Of a stretch of 64,000 nucleotides of DNA, positions 40,394 through 50,555 are shown in pieces. Both the position numbers and the translations under genes were made by a program. The notes beneath the pieces were generated by a model. It ran no database searches. It saw only the letters and a program-made list of their open reading frames with translations, and had not been told where the DNA came from. Origin of the DNA: Candidatus Moraniibacteriota bacterium (GTDB lineage: Bacteria > Patescibacteriota > Minisyncoccia > Moranbacterales > UBA1568); the NCBI GenBank assembly GCA_963778555.1, contig CAVZUR010000005.1, positions 161,756 to 225,755 of the forward strand, written 5' to 3'. Within the stretch, counting starts at the first letter, position 1, and each line of letters begins with the position of its first letter.

Positions 40394-41611
40394 ATGCGAC
40401 TGATATATTGGTTATTTTTCTCGCTTGGTACTGCCGTGTTCGTCGCTTGTGGCGGGAGTAGCGGAGACGCCGATCCATCATCCCCGAATGCAGCCGATAA
40501 TCCCCCCACAACCTCCGCTGACATGAGTGTGCCGGATCATCGCGTTACGATTCAGGCGGCGGCGATTGCAGCAACCACTCCGGTGACGGGTGTGAGTCTG
40601 CCGCAGACTCCGGGCGGCGAAATCTTCCTCAATCCATTTGAACAGTTCTGGACATTCTTCCCGACATCGGATGGGAGGTATTTCGGACTTTCAAGGCCAG
40701 GGGCAACACTCCTGGTTGCACCTACATCGGTCAAGGCGGCCTGTTTTTTCAGTCATCGCGTTGGCTGGGGTGTGAATGGTGGTGTTTCACGCGCCTGTGG
40801 ACCAATCGTCGATCATTTCGCGACATTGCCGAGGACTTGCAATAACGATACGGGCACCTATGCGGTAATCCTGAAAGGAGCGCTCAAGCCAGGAAAGACG
40901 GGCATCGATTGGCAGGACTGGCATGACGGTGAAGTGCTGTGGGCTGACTTCGTGTCTGAGCGACAGCACCAGTTTGCTATTAACCCTGCCTTTCCGCTTG
41001 AGGCCAAACGCATTACCAGTGGTCTGAAATCCGGGCTTATCGAGTATGGCAAACCGGGCGTCGGATATCGGCCGGCAACGGTACGCGCTGAAGCGCGTGG
41101 AGTTCTCACGCTTGATTTCGGGAGCAATTGCACCGGTGGCTTTGGTCTGGATGGAAAATTGACGAACATCGACCCGACGGTACCGGATGTGGTCTACAAG
41201 TTTGTCTGGAATTCACCCAAGGCGAATGCTGCTGGGTCGCATGGCTGGGGCATCATCGAGGTCCGGGATGCTAGTGGGAGAGTAATCCGCCGTCCATCCG
41301 TCAAGGAAGCCTTCCTGACTTTCAATCCGGTCACAGAAAGCTGGGAAGTGAGGTTCGAGGGTCTGGCCTGCAATGATTTCGGCAACATCACCGTGTACCG
41401 GGGAGCGAACCTGGCGGGTAATGTGATCTGGGATCCGGGTATTGACGCTCGCGGCCAAGTTGGCTTCGGAGCCGGTTGGTTCGTCATTGAGAGCACGATT
41501 GATTCCTATCATTTCTGGTCGATTGCGCCAGGATTGCCGATGGCCATGAATCTTTTCATCAATCGATTTAGTTCCCAGCTCTTCTGGACAACTCCTGGCT
41601 GTACGACCTGA
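40394..41611 (+). CDS. Putative lipoprotein of unknown function, paralog 2
   Basis: Lipobox FVAC-GGSSG; shares FATLPRTCN, NC.GGFG..GKLT, GLACND.GNITVY, FWSIAPGLP and GCTT-stop with paralog 1. Confidence 0.82.
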   Translation: MRLIYWLFFSLGTAVFVACGGSSGDADPSSPNAADNPPTTSADMSVPDHRVTIQAAAIAATTPVTGVSLPQTPGGEIFLNPFEQFWTFFPTSDGRYFGLSRPGATLLVAPTSVKAACFFSHRVGWGVNGGVSRACGPIVDHFATLPRTCNNDTGTYAVILKGALKPGKTGIDWQDWHDGEVLWADFVSERQHQFAINPAFPLEAKRITSGLKSGLIEYGKPGVGYRPATVRAEARGVLTLDFGSNCTGGFGLDGKLTNIDPTVPDVVYKFVWNSPKANAAGSHGWGIIEVRDASGRVIRRPSVKEAFLTFNPVTESWEVRFEGLACNDFGNITVYRGANLAGNVIWDPGIDARGQVGFGAGWFVIESTIDSYHFWSIAPGLPMAMNLFINRFSSQLFWTTPGCTT

Positions 41612-41736
41612 TCACTCACGGTTCAGGAGCAGTTCTGAGCGTCTCGTGTAGCATATGCACTGAGGCGCTTTTTCTTTACCTTTTGACTATTCTTCGGTAA
41701 GCTCTGGAGAGTCCCGCATCACTTTTTATCCAGCCT

Positions 41737-42789
41737 ATGTCGCTCAAAGTCGGTATCGTCGGCCTGCCGAATGTGGGGAAATCCACGCTCTTCAAAGCGC
41801 TCACCAGGAAAGCCGTAGACATCAGCAATTACCCGTTTTGCACGATCGAGCCGAATATTGGTATCGTGGAAGTTCCTGATGAGCGACTGGCTACATTGGC
41901 CGCTTTTTCGCGCAGCCAGAAAACCGTGCCGGCCGTCATCGAGTTTGTGGACATCGCCGGCCTGGTAAAGGGTGCCTCGCTCGGCGAAGGCTTGGGAAAT
42001 AAATTCCTCTCGCATATCCGGGAAGTCGATGCGATTGTCCAAGTCGTCCGGGTATTCCCAGGAGACAAGATTACGCACGTCCATAACAGCATCGATCCTG
42101 TTCGCGATATTGAGATTATCGAGACGGAACTTATCCTGGCTGATATGGAGACGGTTGCCAAGGTGGAGCAGCGGCTCGAGAAAGAAGCGCGCGGCCAGGC
42201 TAAAGAGGCGATTGCCAAGCTGCCGATTCTGAAAATACTCAAAGAAACTTTGGAAGCTGGAAAACTTGCCACGGTGGCGCCGATTGATCATTCGGCAGAT
42301 GCGGTGCGAACACTGCTCGCGGAACTTCAGCTCCTGACTATGAAACCGATCCTCTATGCCTACAATGTCGCGGATGTCCAAGCCGCGCTCGCGCCCGCAC
42401 TCGAATCCCGACCGCATGTGAAGCTCGATATAAAGATTGAGGAAGAGTTGATCGAGATGACGAAAGAGGAAGCGGCCGAGCTCGATATCCGCTCAAATCT
42501 GAACGCGCTCATTGTTCGCGCGTACGCGCTCCTCGGGCTGATGACGTACTTCACAACGGGCGAAGATGAGACGCGGGCATGGACTATTCGTATCGGATCG
42601 ACCGCGCCCCGGGCGGGGGCGGCGATTCATGGCGACTTCGAAGAAAAATTTATTCGAGCTGAAGTGATCACTGAGGAGAAATTGCTCGAGGCGGGGAGTT
42701 ATTCGGCGGCCCGGGACAAAGGCTGGGTCCGGCTGGAAGGGAAAGAGTATATCGTCCAGGATGGGGACGTCATTGTCTTCAAGGTCTAA
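41737..42789 (+). CDS. ychF: Redox-regulated ATPase YchF
   Basis: GIVGLPNVGKST, NYPFCTIEPN, DIAGLV and EGKEYIVQDGD motifs. Confidence 0.97.
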   Translation: MSLKVGIVGLPNVGKSTLFKALTRKAVDISNYPFCTIEPNIGIVEVPDERLATLAAFSRSQKTVPAVIEFVDIAGLVKGASLGEGLGNKFLSHIREVDAIVQVVRVFPGDKITHVHNSIDPVRDIEIIETELILADMETVAKVEQRLEKEARGQAKEAIAKLPILKILKETLEAGKLATVAPIDHSADAVRTLLAELQLLTMKPILYAYNVADVQAALAPALESRPHVKLDIKIEEELIEMTKEEAAELDIRSNLNALIVRAYALLGLMTYFTTGEDETRAWTIRIGSTAPRAGAAIHGDFEEKFIRAEVITEEKLLEAGSYSAARDKGWVRLEGKEYIVQDGDVIVFKV

Positions 42790-42833
42790 GTGCTATCACT
42801 GCCGTCGATGCATGGTTTCTGAGGAGGACGGCC

Positions 42834-42873
42834 TTGACGGTATTTTTTAGCAGTCTATAATAGAGAGTGCTAA
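42834..42873 (+). promoter_or_regulatory. groL promoter with CIRCE element (HrcA operator)
   Basis: TTAGCAGTC-N9-GAGTGCTAA at 42847-42873 (one mismatch to consensus) overlapping TATAAT; TTGACG at 42834. Confidence 0.88.
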
Positions 42874-42902
42874 TGGCAGTGTAATCGGTAATTCTGAAAC
42901 CT

Positions 42903-44570
42903 ATGGCTAAGCAAATTATATACAGTGAAGAGGCGAGGAAGCGCGTGAAAGCGGGTATCGACAAAGTCGCCAATGCGGTTCGCGTCACGATGGGGCCGAA
43001 GGGACGCAATGTGCTGCTTGGCAAATCCTACGGTGGACCGACTATCACCAATGACGGCGTTTCCATCGCGAAAGAGATCGAGCTTTCCGATCCGTTCGAA
43101 AATCTTGGTGCCGAGCTCATTAAGCAAGTGGCGGAGAAAACAAATGATGTCGCGGGTGACGGGACCACGACAGCGACCGTCATTACCCAAGCTTTGGTTC
43201 GCGAGGGACTGAAGTTCGTCGAAACCGGCATCAGCCCGATTGGCATTCGACGAGGGATGGAAGCCGCCAAAGAGGCGGTCATCACGGCACTCCAGAAGAG
43301 CTCCAAGAAGATTACCTCCAAGGAAGAGAAAGTCAATGTCGCGACGATCTCTGCCGAGAGTGAGGAAATGGGCAAGATGATAGCAGACGTCATGGAGGCA
43401 GTCGGAGAGGATGGCGTCGTCACGACCGAACAGTCTCAGACGCTCGGACTCTCCAAAGAAGTCGTCATGGGGATGAGCATAGACCGCGGCTATATCTCCC
43501 AGTACATGATGACAGATATGGCGGCTCAGTCGGCCGAGATCAAAGACCCGTTCATTCTCATTACCGACCAGAAGATCTCATCCATGCAGGAAATCCTTCC
43601 GGTGCTTGAGAAGATGGCGCAGGGCGGGAAGAAAGATATTGTGATAATCGCCGAAGACGTGGATGGCGAAGCGCTGGCGACCCTCGTGGTGAACCGCTTG
43701 CGCGGAGTCTTGAATGTCCTCGCGGTGAAAGCGCCTGAATTCGGTGATAATCGCAAAGCAGTATTGGAAGATATCGCAGCACTGACTGGCGCGCAAGTCA
43801 TCTCGTCCGACAAGGGAATGAAGCTCGACGCAGCCGATCTCTCTATGCTTGGTCGGGCAACCAAAGTCATCGCGACCAAGGACGACACGACCATCGTCGG
43901 CGGAAAAGGTAAGAAGAAAGAGATCGAGGACCGTACCGCGCTGATCAAAGCGCAGGCGGATCGGGCCGAAGGGAACTATGACCGGGAACGACTCACGAAG
44001 CGTATGGCCAAACTGACCGGCGGTGTGGCTGTCATCAAGGTCGGTGCCGCGACGGAAACCGAGCTGACCTACATGAAGCACAAAATGGAGGATGCCGTCG
44101 CCGCGACCAAGGCCGCGATTGCGGAGGGTATCGTCTTGGGCGGAGGCGTGGCTTTTCTGAAGACTGCCCGGGCAGTGCATGAGAATTTTCTGAAGACCGC
44201 GGCCAAGCACGACAATGATTACCAGTCTGGCTATTTGACGGTTTTGAAAGCGCTCGAAGAACCGCTCCGTCAAATCGTGAACAATGCCGGCCAGCAGGAC
44301 GCAGCGGTCGTGATGAATAAAATCCTCGAAGAGAGCGCGAAGAAACCGAATCACGGTTATAACGCGCTCGAGGATCGTTATGAGTCGGACATGTTCAAAG
44401 CCGGTATTATCGATCCGCTGAAGGTTACTCGGACGGCTTTGGAAAACGCAGTGTCGGTGGCGGCACTCCTCCTGACGACCGAGGCTGCGGTGGTCGATCT
44501 TCCTGAAGAAAAAAAAGACGTCGCGCAAGGCGGTATGCCCGGCATGGGAGGCATGGGTGGAATGATGTAG
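42903..44570 (+). CDS. groL: Chaperonin GroEL
   Basis: GPKGRNV, AGDGTTTATV, GIIDPLKV and GGM tail. Confidence 0.98.
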   Translation: MAKQIIYSEEARKRVKAGIDKVANAVRVTMGPKGRNVLLGKSYGGPTITNDGVSIAKEIELSDPFENLGAELIKQVAEKTNDVAGDGTTTATVITQALVREGLKFVETGISPIGIRRGMEAAKEAVITALQKSSKKITSKEEKVNVATISAESEEMGKMIADVMEAVGEDGVVTTEQSQTLGLSKEVVMGMSIDRGYISQYMMTDMAAQSAEIKDPFILITDQKISSMQEILPVLEKMAQGGKKDIVIIAEDVDGEALATLVVNRLRGVLNVLAVKAPEFGDNRKAVLEDIAALTGAQVISSDKGMKLDAADLSMLGRATKVIATKDDTTIVGGKGKKKEIEDRTALIKAQADRAEGNYDRERLTKRMAKLTGGVAVIKVGAATETELTYMKHKMEDAVAATKAAIAEGIVLGGGVAFLKTARAVHENFLKTAAKHDNDYQSGYLTVLKALEEPLRQIVNNAGQQDAAVVMNKILEESAKKPNHGYNALEDRYESDMFKAGIIDPLKVTRTALENAVSVAALLLTTEAAVVDLPEEKKDVAQGGMPGMGGMGGMM

Positions 44571-44770
44571 CCGAAACTGATTCCTTCGAGCGGGTTACCG
44601 TGTTGGGGGGGGTGTGAGAATGAGACCTGATCCAAAGGCTCCCGTGAAAGGGAGTCTTTTCCGTTGCCCGAGGCGCGGAGTTTGGCAGGTCAGAGCCAGG
44701 TGTTACAATGAAAAAGCAAGTAATGCCGTATTGTGTCAGGGGGGTCTCCAACGAGAAAGTGAGGTGCCAT

Positions 44771-45001
44771 ATGTCTCGTCCTGATGTGCTTGCCTACGCG
44801 AGAGATTGCCACACAGATATCCGCGGATTGCTGGAAGCGGCCTACTACAAGAAACACGGGCATCCGATTCCAGTCGGCGCTCTCGATACTGACGTCGCTC
44901 ATTTTGAAACGAAGAGCGAGCTTCCGGATTACATGCATGGTTTTATGCGCCGCCAAGACGTCGAATCGACGAATTTTCCGCCGATGACACGTATTGACTG
45001 A
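44771..45001 (+). CDS. Small hypothetical protein (76 aa)
   Basis: GAGGTG SD, upstream TACAAT, downstream hairpin with T-run. Confidence 0.55.
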   Translation: MSRPDVLAYARDCHTDIRGLLEAAYYKKHGHPIPVGALDTDVAHFETKSELPDYMHGFMRRQDVESTNFPPMTRID

Positions 45002-45141
45002 CTTCGCTCTTGGCGAGTGCCCGCAGAACCATGAACTCTTGAGTCTCCCAGCGCGGGCCTCAAGGGTTTTTTTATACGGCAGCAGTATGATACCGCAAAG
45101 CGGATACTGTATAATGGAAACAGACAAAAAATCAAAGAAAC

Positions 45142-46890
45142 ATGCGCATCAAACCCGGACAATTGCAGGAATTTCTTCTTGATTCGAATATCATCCCGAA
45201 GGACAAGCTTGAATCCGCTATCAAAGAGTGCGAGGCGGGAGGGAAGGAGCTGGCGGCATGCCTCCTGGAGAAGAAATACATCGAGGAGCCAGAGCTGCAG
45301 AAGGTTTATGCCTACGTACTTGGCATCCCTTTCGTCGACCTCTCGAAAGAGGCCATCTCGTTTGATATCCTTTCGATTATTCCAGAGCCAATTGCCAAGA
45401 AATACAGTATTGTTGCTTTCCAAAAGTCGGGAACCAATCTGAAGGTGGCGATGCTCAACCCTGAGGATATCCAGACGATCGACTTCATCAAGAAGAAGAC
45501 GGGGCTGAAGATCGTGCCATGCCTCACGTCGCGCGAGAGCATCCAGATCGTACTCCGCCAGTATGAGAAGAGCCTAAAAGCGGAATTCGGCGATATTCTC
45601 ACTGATGAGGTAAATAAGACGAAAGAAGAGGAAAAGACCGGCGATCTCGAAAAGATCGCTGCCGGACTTCCGATCATCCGTATCGTCGACACGCTCTTGA
45701 AGCACGCGATTCTGCAATCCGCTTCGGATATTCATATCGAGCCGCTCGAAACAGAGGTGATCGTTCGCTACCGCATTGATGGTGTACTTCACGACGCGAT
45801 GACATTGCCGAAGGATGTGGCGCTCGGTATCGTCGCGCGCATCAAAGTGCTCTCAAACCTGAAGCTGGACGAGCATCGCTTGCCGCAGGACGGCCGTTTC
45901 AAGATAGAGAAGGAGGACTATAAGATATCGTTTCGCGTGAGCATCCTCCCGATTTTCGACGGGGAGAAGATTGTCATGCGTCTCTTGGATGAGACGTCGC
46001 ATGGCCTGACGCTGGAGAAAATGGGCCTGGTGGGCGAGCCTTTGGAAAAAGTGCGGCGCGAGATCAGCAAGCCGAACGGCATCATCCTCGTCACCGGGCC
46101 GACCGGATCAGGTAAAACGACCACGCTGTACACGGCGATGGATATCTTGAACACGCCCGACGTGAATATCTCGACGGTCGAAGATCCGGTGGAATATCGC
46201 ATGCTTCGGGTCAATCAGACCCAGATCAGTCCGAAAGTCGGCATGACGTTCGCCGCAGCACTCCGGGCGCTGCTGCGCCAAGATCCCGACATCATCATGG
46301 TTGGGGAAATCCGCGATGAGGAGACATTGGAAATCGCATTACATGCGGCGATGACTGGCCACCTTGTGCTCTCCACGCTACACACGAACTCAGCAGCAGC
46401 GACGTTACCGCGCATGCTCGATATGGGCGCCGAGCCGTTCCTCATCGCGTCGACGGTCAATGTCATCATCGCGCAACGGCTGGTGCGGCGCCTCTGCGTG
46501 GAATGCCGCAAGCCGTATAAGCTCGATGCGAAAGAAGTGGAAACACTCGGTAAGTTCTATAAATTGGATGACATCCTCACGGTGCTGAAGAAGAATCCGA
46601 TGGCGAAGAAATTTGTTGAAAAAGCGGAGCATTGGGAAGACATTGATCTTTATAAGGCGGTTGGGTGCGAACAGTGCAACAATGAAGGCTATCGCGGGCG
46701 GATCGGCGTCTATGAAGTCCTCGAAATGGATACGGACATCCGGAAACTCGTGACCCAGTCGGCCACAAGTGAAGACCTCGAGACGCAGGCCAGAAAGAAT
46801 GGCATGGAAACCATGGTCGAGGACGGCTTCATCAAAATCGTCCAAGGTATGACCTCGGTGGAGGAAGTGATGCGCGCGACGAAGGAATAA
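45142..46890 (+). CDS. pilB: Type IV pilus assembly ATPase PilB (GspE/PulE family)
   Basis: ASDIHIEP, RLPQDGR, GPTGSGKTT, LRQDPDIIMVGEIRD, TGHLVLSTLHTN and tetracysteine motif. Confidence 0.94.
   Translation: MRIKPGQLQEFLLDSNIIPKDKLESAIKECEAGGKELAACLLEKKYIEEPELQKVYAYVLGIPFVDLSKEAISFDILSIIPEPIAKKYSIVAFQKSGTNLKVAMLNPEDIQTIDFIKKKTGLKIVPCLTSRESIQIVLRQYEKSLKAEFGDILTDEVNKTKEEEKTGDLEKIAAGLPIIRIVDTLLKHAILQSASDIHIEPLETEVIVRYRIDGVLHDAMTLPKDVALGIVARIKVLSNLKLDEHRLPQDGRFKIEKEDYKISFRVSILPIFDGEKIVMRLLDETSHGLTLEKMGLVGEPLEKVRREISKPNGIILVTGPTGSGKTTTLYTAMDILNTPDVNISTVEDPVEYRMLRVNQTQISPKVGMTFAAALRALLRQDPDIIMVGEIRDEETLEIALHAAMTGHLVLSTLHTNSAAATLPRMLDMGAEPFLIASTVNVIIAQRLVRRLCVECRKPYKLDAKEVETLGKFYKLDDILTVLKKNPMAKKFVEKAEHWEDIDLYKAVGCEQCNNEGYRGRIGVYEVLEMDTDIRKLVTQSATSEDLETQARKNGMETMVEDGFIKIVQGMTSVEEVMRATKE
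46838..46889 (+). repeat. 52-bp direct repeat, copy 1 (pilB 3' end)
   Basis: Matches 48404-48455 with one mismatch. Confidence 0.95.
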
Positions 46891-46960
46891 TTACTGTAAT
46901 GAGTTGAGAAATAGCGAAACGGCGGTTTTGGGAATAATCTGATCAAAATATAATATCATT

Positions 46961-48376
46961 ATGGGAAGCCGGAAGAGGGTAGTTGTTGTTGGCGTCATTA
47001 TTCTTTGTACGGTAGGCATTTTTAGTTGGATGTTCTCAAAACAATTAGGAATTGATTCAGTGTTACGACAAAAGAGCCTAGAAAAAGATATTCCCGCTGC
47101 CCAGCAATCCGAATATACTACTCTTGGGGTGAAATCGTCCGAGTCAATCGTCCCGCCACAAGGCGCAGCCGTGGCAGTCACAGCAACTGAAACTCCGGAA
47201 GTGGAATATATCCGAACAGTAGAAGTGCAGGGTACGCTTACTGGGGCGTATCGTGATATTAATAACATTCAGATTCTTTCAACAGGAGAACTTGCATACA
47301 AAAAGAGTGTTTTCCCTAAAGACGATCTTATAATTGAAGATGGGGATGTGAAGGAGTGGTTTTTTATTGGAGGCAAAGAAATTCCACACAAGGATACTCT
47401 TACTCCAGTAAAAGAAATTGGCGGTAAACTTACTTATTTGATCGATAGTGCTTCGATGAGTCGTAAGACTCTCGTTTTTGGGAACGACAGTAAGGCTCCA
47501 GACAGTTATTTTGAGAGGTTTGAAGATATAGGGGGAAAACTCGCATACATCTATCATAAACCAGACGAGCAGCTTGAGAGGCTTGTCTATGATGATAAGG
47601 AGATTGCAACCGCTGATATCTACTTCACGCTCTTGAAAGATGTTGGGGGCGCGCTTGCGTATGTGAAGCGCAGCAAGTCGACAGAACCTTCCAGCTACAA
47701 AGAAACTCTGTTTTACGATGGACAAGAAATAATAACCACTGGCACCCCTAAAGATGTCGAGCTTGTTGCTGGAATGCTCGCATACATTGTTCGCGATGAC
47801 ACCCGCAACAAGGACACGCTTTTCTACGGTGATAAACAGGTAGAGACCGCAGATGCAATATGGGGCTTGGCAAGTATAAACGGGAAGCTTATGTATCAAA
47901 TGAAGGACGACAAAGGTGTCTCGGTTCTTGTTGAGGATGGGAAACAGATTGCGGCTCTTGGAAACAGGTATACAACCAGGGACGTTGGGGGAAAACTCGC
48001 GTATACTTTCATAACTGCTGCCCCAGACAAGCAATCACTTCAAAATAAACTTATCTTTGATGGGGTTGAGGTGGCATCGTCCACCTTTGATGCTTTTCTC
48101 ACGGCAATGGCTGGAGAAACGATTTCAGATATCGAAGATGTTGGAGGTAGACTCGCGTATACTATCGAAGGTCATGAGTCAGAGGACTCTTTCTACTATG
48201 ACGGTAAGAAGGTTCTGACCGCTGAGATTATAGGCAATTCGTATCAAACGGTGGCAGTCGCCGGCGATTACTACACGCCCTACATTGCGAAGTCAATGAA
48301 ACCATTTTACTTTTTTGGAGCAAATGAAAAAGACGGCATGACCACATTCTCCGTCTATCGGATTACACCGAAATAA
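46961..48376 (+). CDS. Membrane-anchored repeat protein (probable beta-propeller) on a low-GC islet
   Basis: N-terminal TM; about 7 repeats of D[IV]GGKLAY...L.YDG; AT-richer codon usage than neighbours. Confidence 0.82.
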   Translation: MGSRKRVVVVGVIILCTVGIFSWMFSKQLGIDSVLRQKSLEKDIPAAQQSEYTTLGVKSSESIVPPQGAAVAVTATETPEVEYIRTVEVQGTLTGAYRDINNIQILSTGELAYKKSVFPKDDLIIEDGDVKEWFFIGGKEIPHKDTLTPVKEIGGKLTYLIDSASMSRKTLVFGNDSKAPDSYFERFEDIGGKLAYIYHKPDEQLERLVYDDKEIATADIYFTLLKDVGGALAYVKRSKSTEPSSYKETLFYDGQEIITTGTPKDVELVAGMLAYIVRDDTRNKDTLFYGDKQVETADAIWGLASINGKLMYQMKDDKGVSVLVEDGKQIAALGNRYTTRDVGGKLAYTFITAAPDKQSLQNKLIFDGVEVASSTFDAFLTAMAGETISDIEDVGGRLAYTIEGHESEDSFYYDGKKVLTAEIIGNSYQTVAVAGDYYTPYIAKSMKPFYFFGANEKDGMTTFSVYRITPK

Positions 48377-48403
48377 GGAGCCAGTTTCCGATATTATTCG
48401 AGC

Positions 48404-48455
48404 TCGTCCAAGGTATGACATCGGTGGAGGAAGTGATGCGCGCGACGAAGGAATA
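48404..48455 (+). repeat. 52-bp direct repeat, copy 2 (displaced pilB 3' end)
   Basis: TCGTCCAAGGTATGACATCGGTGGAGGAAGTGATGCGCGCGACGAAGGAATA. Confidence 0.95.
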
Positions 48456-48458
48456 GCT

Positions 48459-49967
48459 CTAGGTATTGCGGCCACCGAAGAGGCCGTCATTCCGGAGCGC
48501 TCGGCGAATATGCGCCTTGGCGTTTGCAGTCTTCACAAAGAGAAGCCAATCCCGGCTGGGTTTTTTCTTGTTTTTCTCCGTCAGGATTTCGATGACCTGT
48601 CCGTTCACGATATGCTCGTCGAGCGGGACGATCTTGCCATCGGCCTTAGCACCGGCTGCGGCATCGCCGATCTGGCTGTGGATGGCATACGCAAAATCGA
48701 TGGGCGTCGCGTCTTCGGGCAGATCGATAATGTCGCCTTTGGGCGTGAAGGCGAAGATGTGGTTTTTGAAGAAGTCAATTTTCAGACCCTGAAGAAATTC
48801 CTCATCGTCCCGTCCGATTTCTTTCTGCCAGTCCTGGAGCTGTCGAACCCACTCCAAGCCGTGCGGTTCTTTGGGTGAAGGATCTTTTTTCCGGGTAAAA
48901 AAGCTCTTCCAGCCACGCCGATCACGCTCGGAGTAGATCCAGTGCGCCGCGATGCCGAATTCCGCCTCCATGTGCATTTTTTCCGTGCGGATCTGAATTT
49001 CCAGAATGCGACCCTGGGGTCCGAAGACCGTTGTATGGAGGGATTGGTAGCCGTTCGGTTTGGGGAGCGAGATATAGTCTTTGATCCGGCCGACCATCGG
49101 GCGGTATTCTTTGTGGATGATGCCAAGGGCTTCATAGCAGTCGGCGACTTCCGGGACGATAATTCGAATCGCGACGAGATCGTAGATTCGTGTGATATCC
49201 ATATCGTGCCGCTCTAGTTTTTTGAAGAGCCGATAGAGGAATTTGGTGCGGCCGCTGATCTCGATCACCTTGATTTTGTCGCGTTCGAGGAGGCGCCGGA
49301 AGAGCGTGACGGTTTCGTCGATGTAGGCCTTGCCTTGCCGTAGGTAGGTCTCTTCAGTCTTTTTCGTTTCGGCATAGTGGATCGGATCAAGATACTGGAA
49401 ACAGAGGTCTTCAAGTTCGCCCTTGATCTCGCCGATGCCGAGTCGGTTCGCAATCGGTCCGTAGACTTCCATCGTTTCCCGGGCGATCCGCTGCTGCTTT
49501 TCGGCTGGAACATGCTCGAGTGTACGCATGTTGTGGAGTCGGTCTGCGAGCTTGATAATGACGACGCGGATATCCTTGGCCATGGCCAGGAACATCTTGC
49601 GCAGATTCTCGAGAAAGTATTCCTCATGCGAGCCGCGAAGCTTGATTTTGCCGAGTTTGGTGATGCCATCGACGAGATAGGCGACATCTTGTCCGAACCG
49701 CGTCTCGATCTCAGAGAGAGGAATGGGCGTATCTTCCGGGACATCATGGAGGAGGCCGGCGATGAGTGTGGTCGTATCCATCCCAATCTCTGACAGGATC
49801 TTGGCGACGTGGAGGGAATGGGTGATGTAGGGTTCGCCGGAACGGCGCAGTTGTCCTTCATGGGCCTTCTCCGCGAAGAGATAGGCTTCCCGCAGCAGCT
49901 TTTCCTGTTCACCCTTAAGAGGAAAGCGGCTCGCTTTGATGACGATATCGAGTGTGATGGCGTCCAT
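48459..49967 (-). CDS. RelA/SpoT family (p)ppGpp synthetase/hydrolase (HD, synthetase, TGS; no ACT domain)
   Basis: SGEPYITH, LLHDVPED, KLADRLHNMRT, PKPNGYQSLHT and TPIDFAYAIH motifs. Confidence 0.94.
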   Translation of the reverse strand: MDAITLDIVIKASRFPLKGEQEKLLREAYLFAEKAHEGQLRRSGEPYITHSLHVAKILSEIGMDTTTLIAGLLHDVPEDTPIPLSEIETRFGQDVAYLVDGITKLGKIKLRGSHEEYFLENLRKMFLAMAKDIRVVIIKLADRLHNMRTLEHVPAEKQQRIARETMEVYGPIANRLGIGEIKGELEDLCFQYLDPIHYAETKKTEETYLRQGKAYIDETVTLFRRLLERDKIKVIEISGRTKFLYRLFKKLERHDMDITRIYDLVAIRIIVPEVADCYEALGIIHKEYRPMVGRIKDYISLPKPNGYQSLHTTVFGPQGRILEIQIRTEKMHMEAEFGIAAHWIYSERDRRGWKSFFTRKKDPSPKEPHGLEWVRQLQDWQKEIGRDDEEFLQGLKIDFFKNHIFAFTPKGDIIDLPEDATPIDFAYAIHSQIGDAAAGAKADGKIVPLDEHIVNGQVIEILTEKNKKKPSRDWLLFVKTANAKAHIRRALRNDGLFGGRNT

Positions 49968-50093
49968 AGGGGTGCTCAAAACGCGGAGTGGTATCGAAAA
50001 TGTGGCGGAGACTCTCTCACTTATTGAGGATGACTCCTTAGCTTGCTCATTCTGCCACGATTGCTGGCTCTCTTCAAGGAGTCCTGGCTGATA

Positions 50094-50121
50094 TTGACAC
50101 ATGCAACTAAGTTGCTACAAT
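50094..50121 (+). promoter_or_regulatory. Promoter with palindromic operator (candidate Zur/Fur-family box)
   Basis: TTGACA-16-TACAAT with GCAAC-TAA-GTTGC in the spacer. Confidence 0.6.
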
Positions 50122-50127
50122 GTTTCC

Positions 50128-50547
50128 ATGCTTGAAGCCTGCATCGAAAAAATGGCTCGGAGCGATCTGCGCGAGACGGCGACGCGCCGCTCTGTTCTTC
50201 GTATCCTGCATGAGACTGCGATTCCACTTGCAGCACCTGACATCGTCCTGCGCTGCCATGCGGCTGGCCGGCCAGCGAATAAGACGACCATCTATCGCGA
50301 CCTTGTGTCGCTGGAGCGGGCAGGAGTGATTCGTCGGGTCATCCTGAGCGATCGGAAACAGCATTTCGAATTGACAGAACGCGGGCACCATCATCATTTC
50401 GTTTGTCTTGAATGCGACCGAGTGGAAGACATTCTCGTGGATGAACATAATCTCGAAAAACAGGCAACGCATCTCGCTCAACAAAAAGGCTTTTCTGTTT
50501 ATCGGCACTCCCTTGAATTTTTCGGTCTCTGTAAAATGTGCACGTAA
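50128..50547 (+). CDS. Fur family transcriptional regulator (Zur-like)
   Basis: TTIYRDL, HHHHFVCLEC and GLCKMC motifs; upstream of a ZIP transporter. Confidence 0.92.
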   Translation: MLEACIEKMARSDLRETATRRSVLRILHETAIPLAAPDIVLRCHAAGRPANKTTIYRDLVSLERAGVIRRVILSDRKQHFELTERGHHHHFVCLECDRVEDILVDEHNLEKQATHLAQQKGFSVYRHSLEFFGLCKMCT

Positions 50548-50555
50548 ATGAAACT

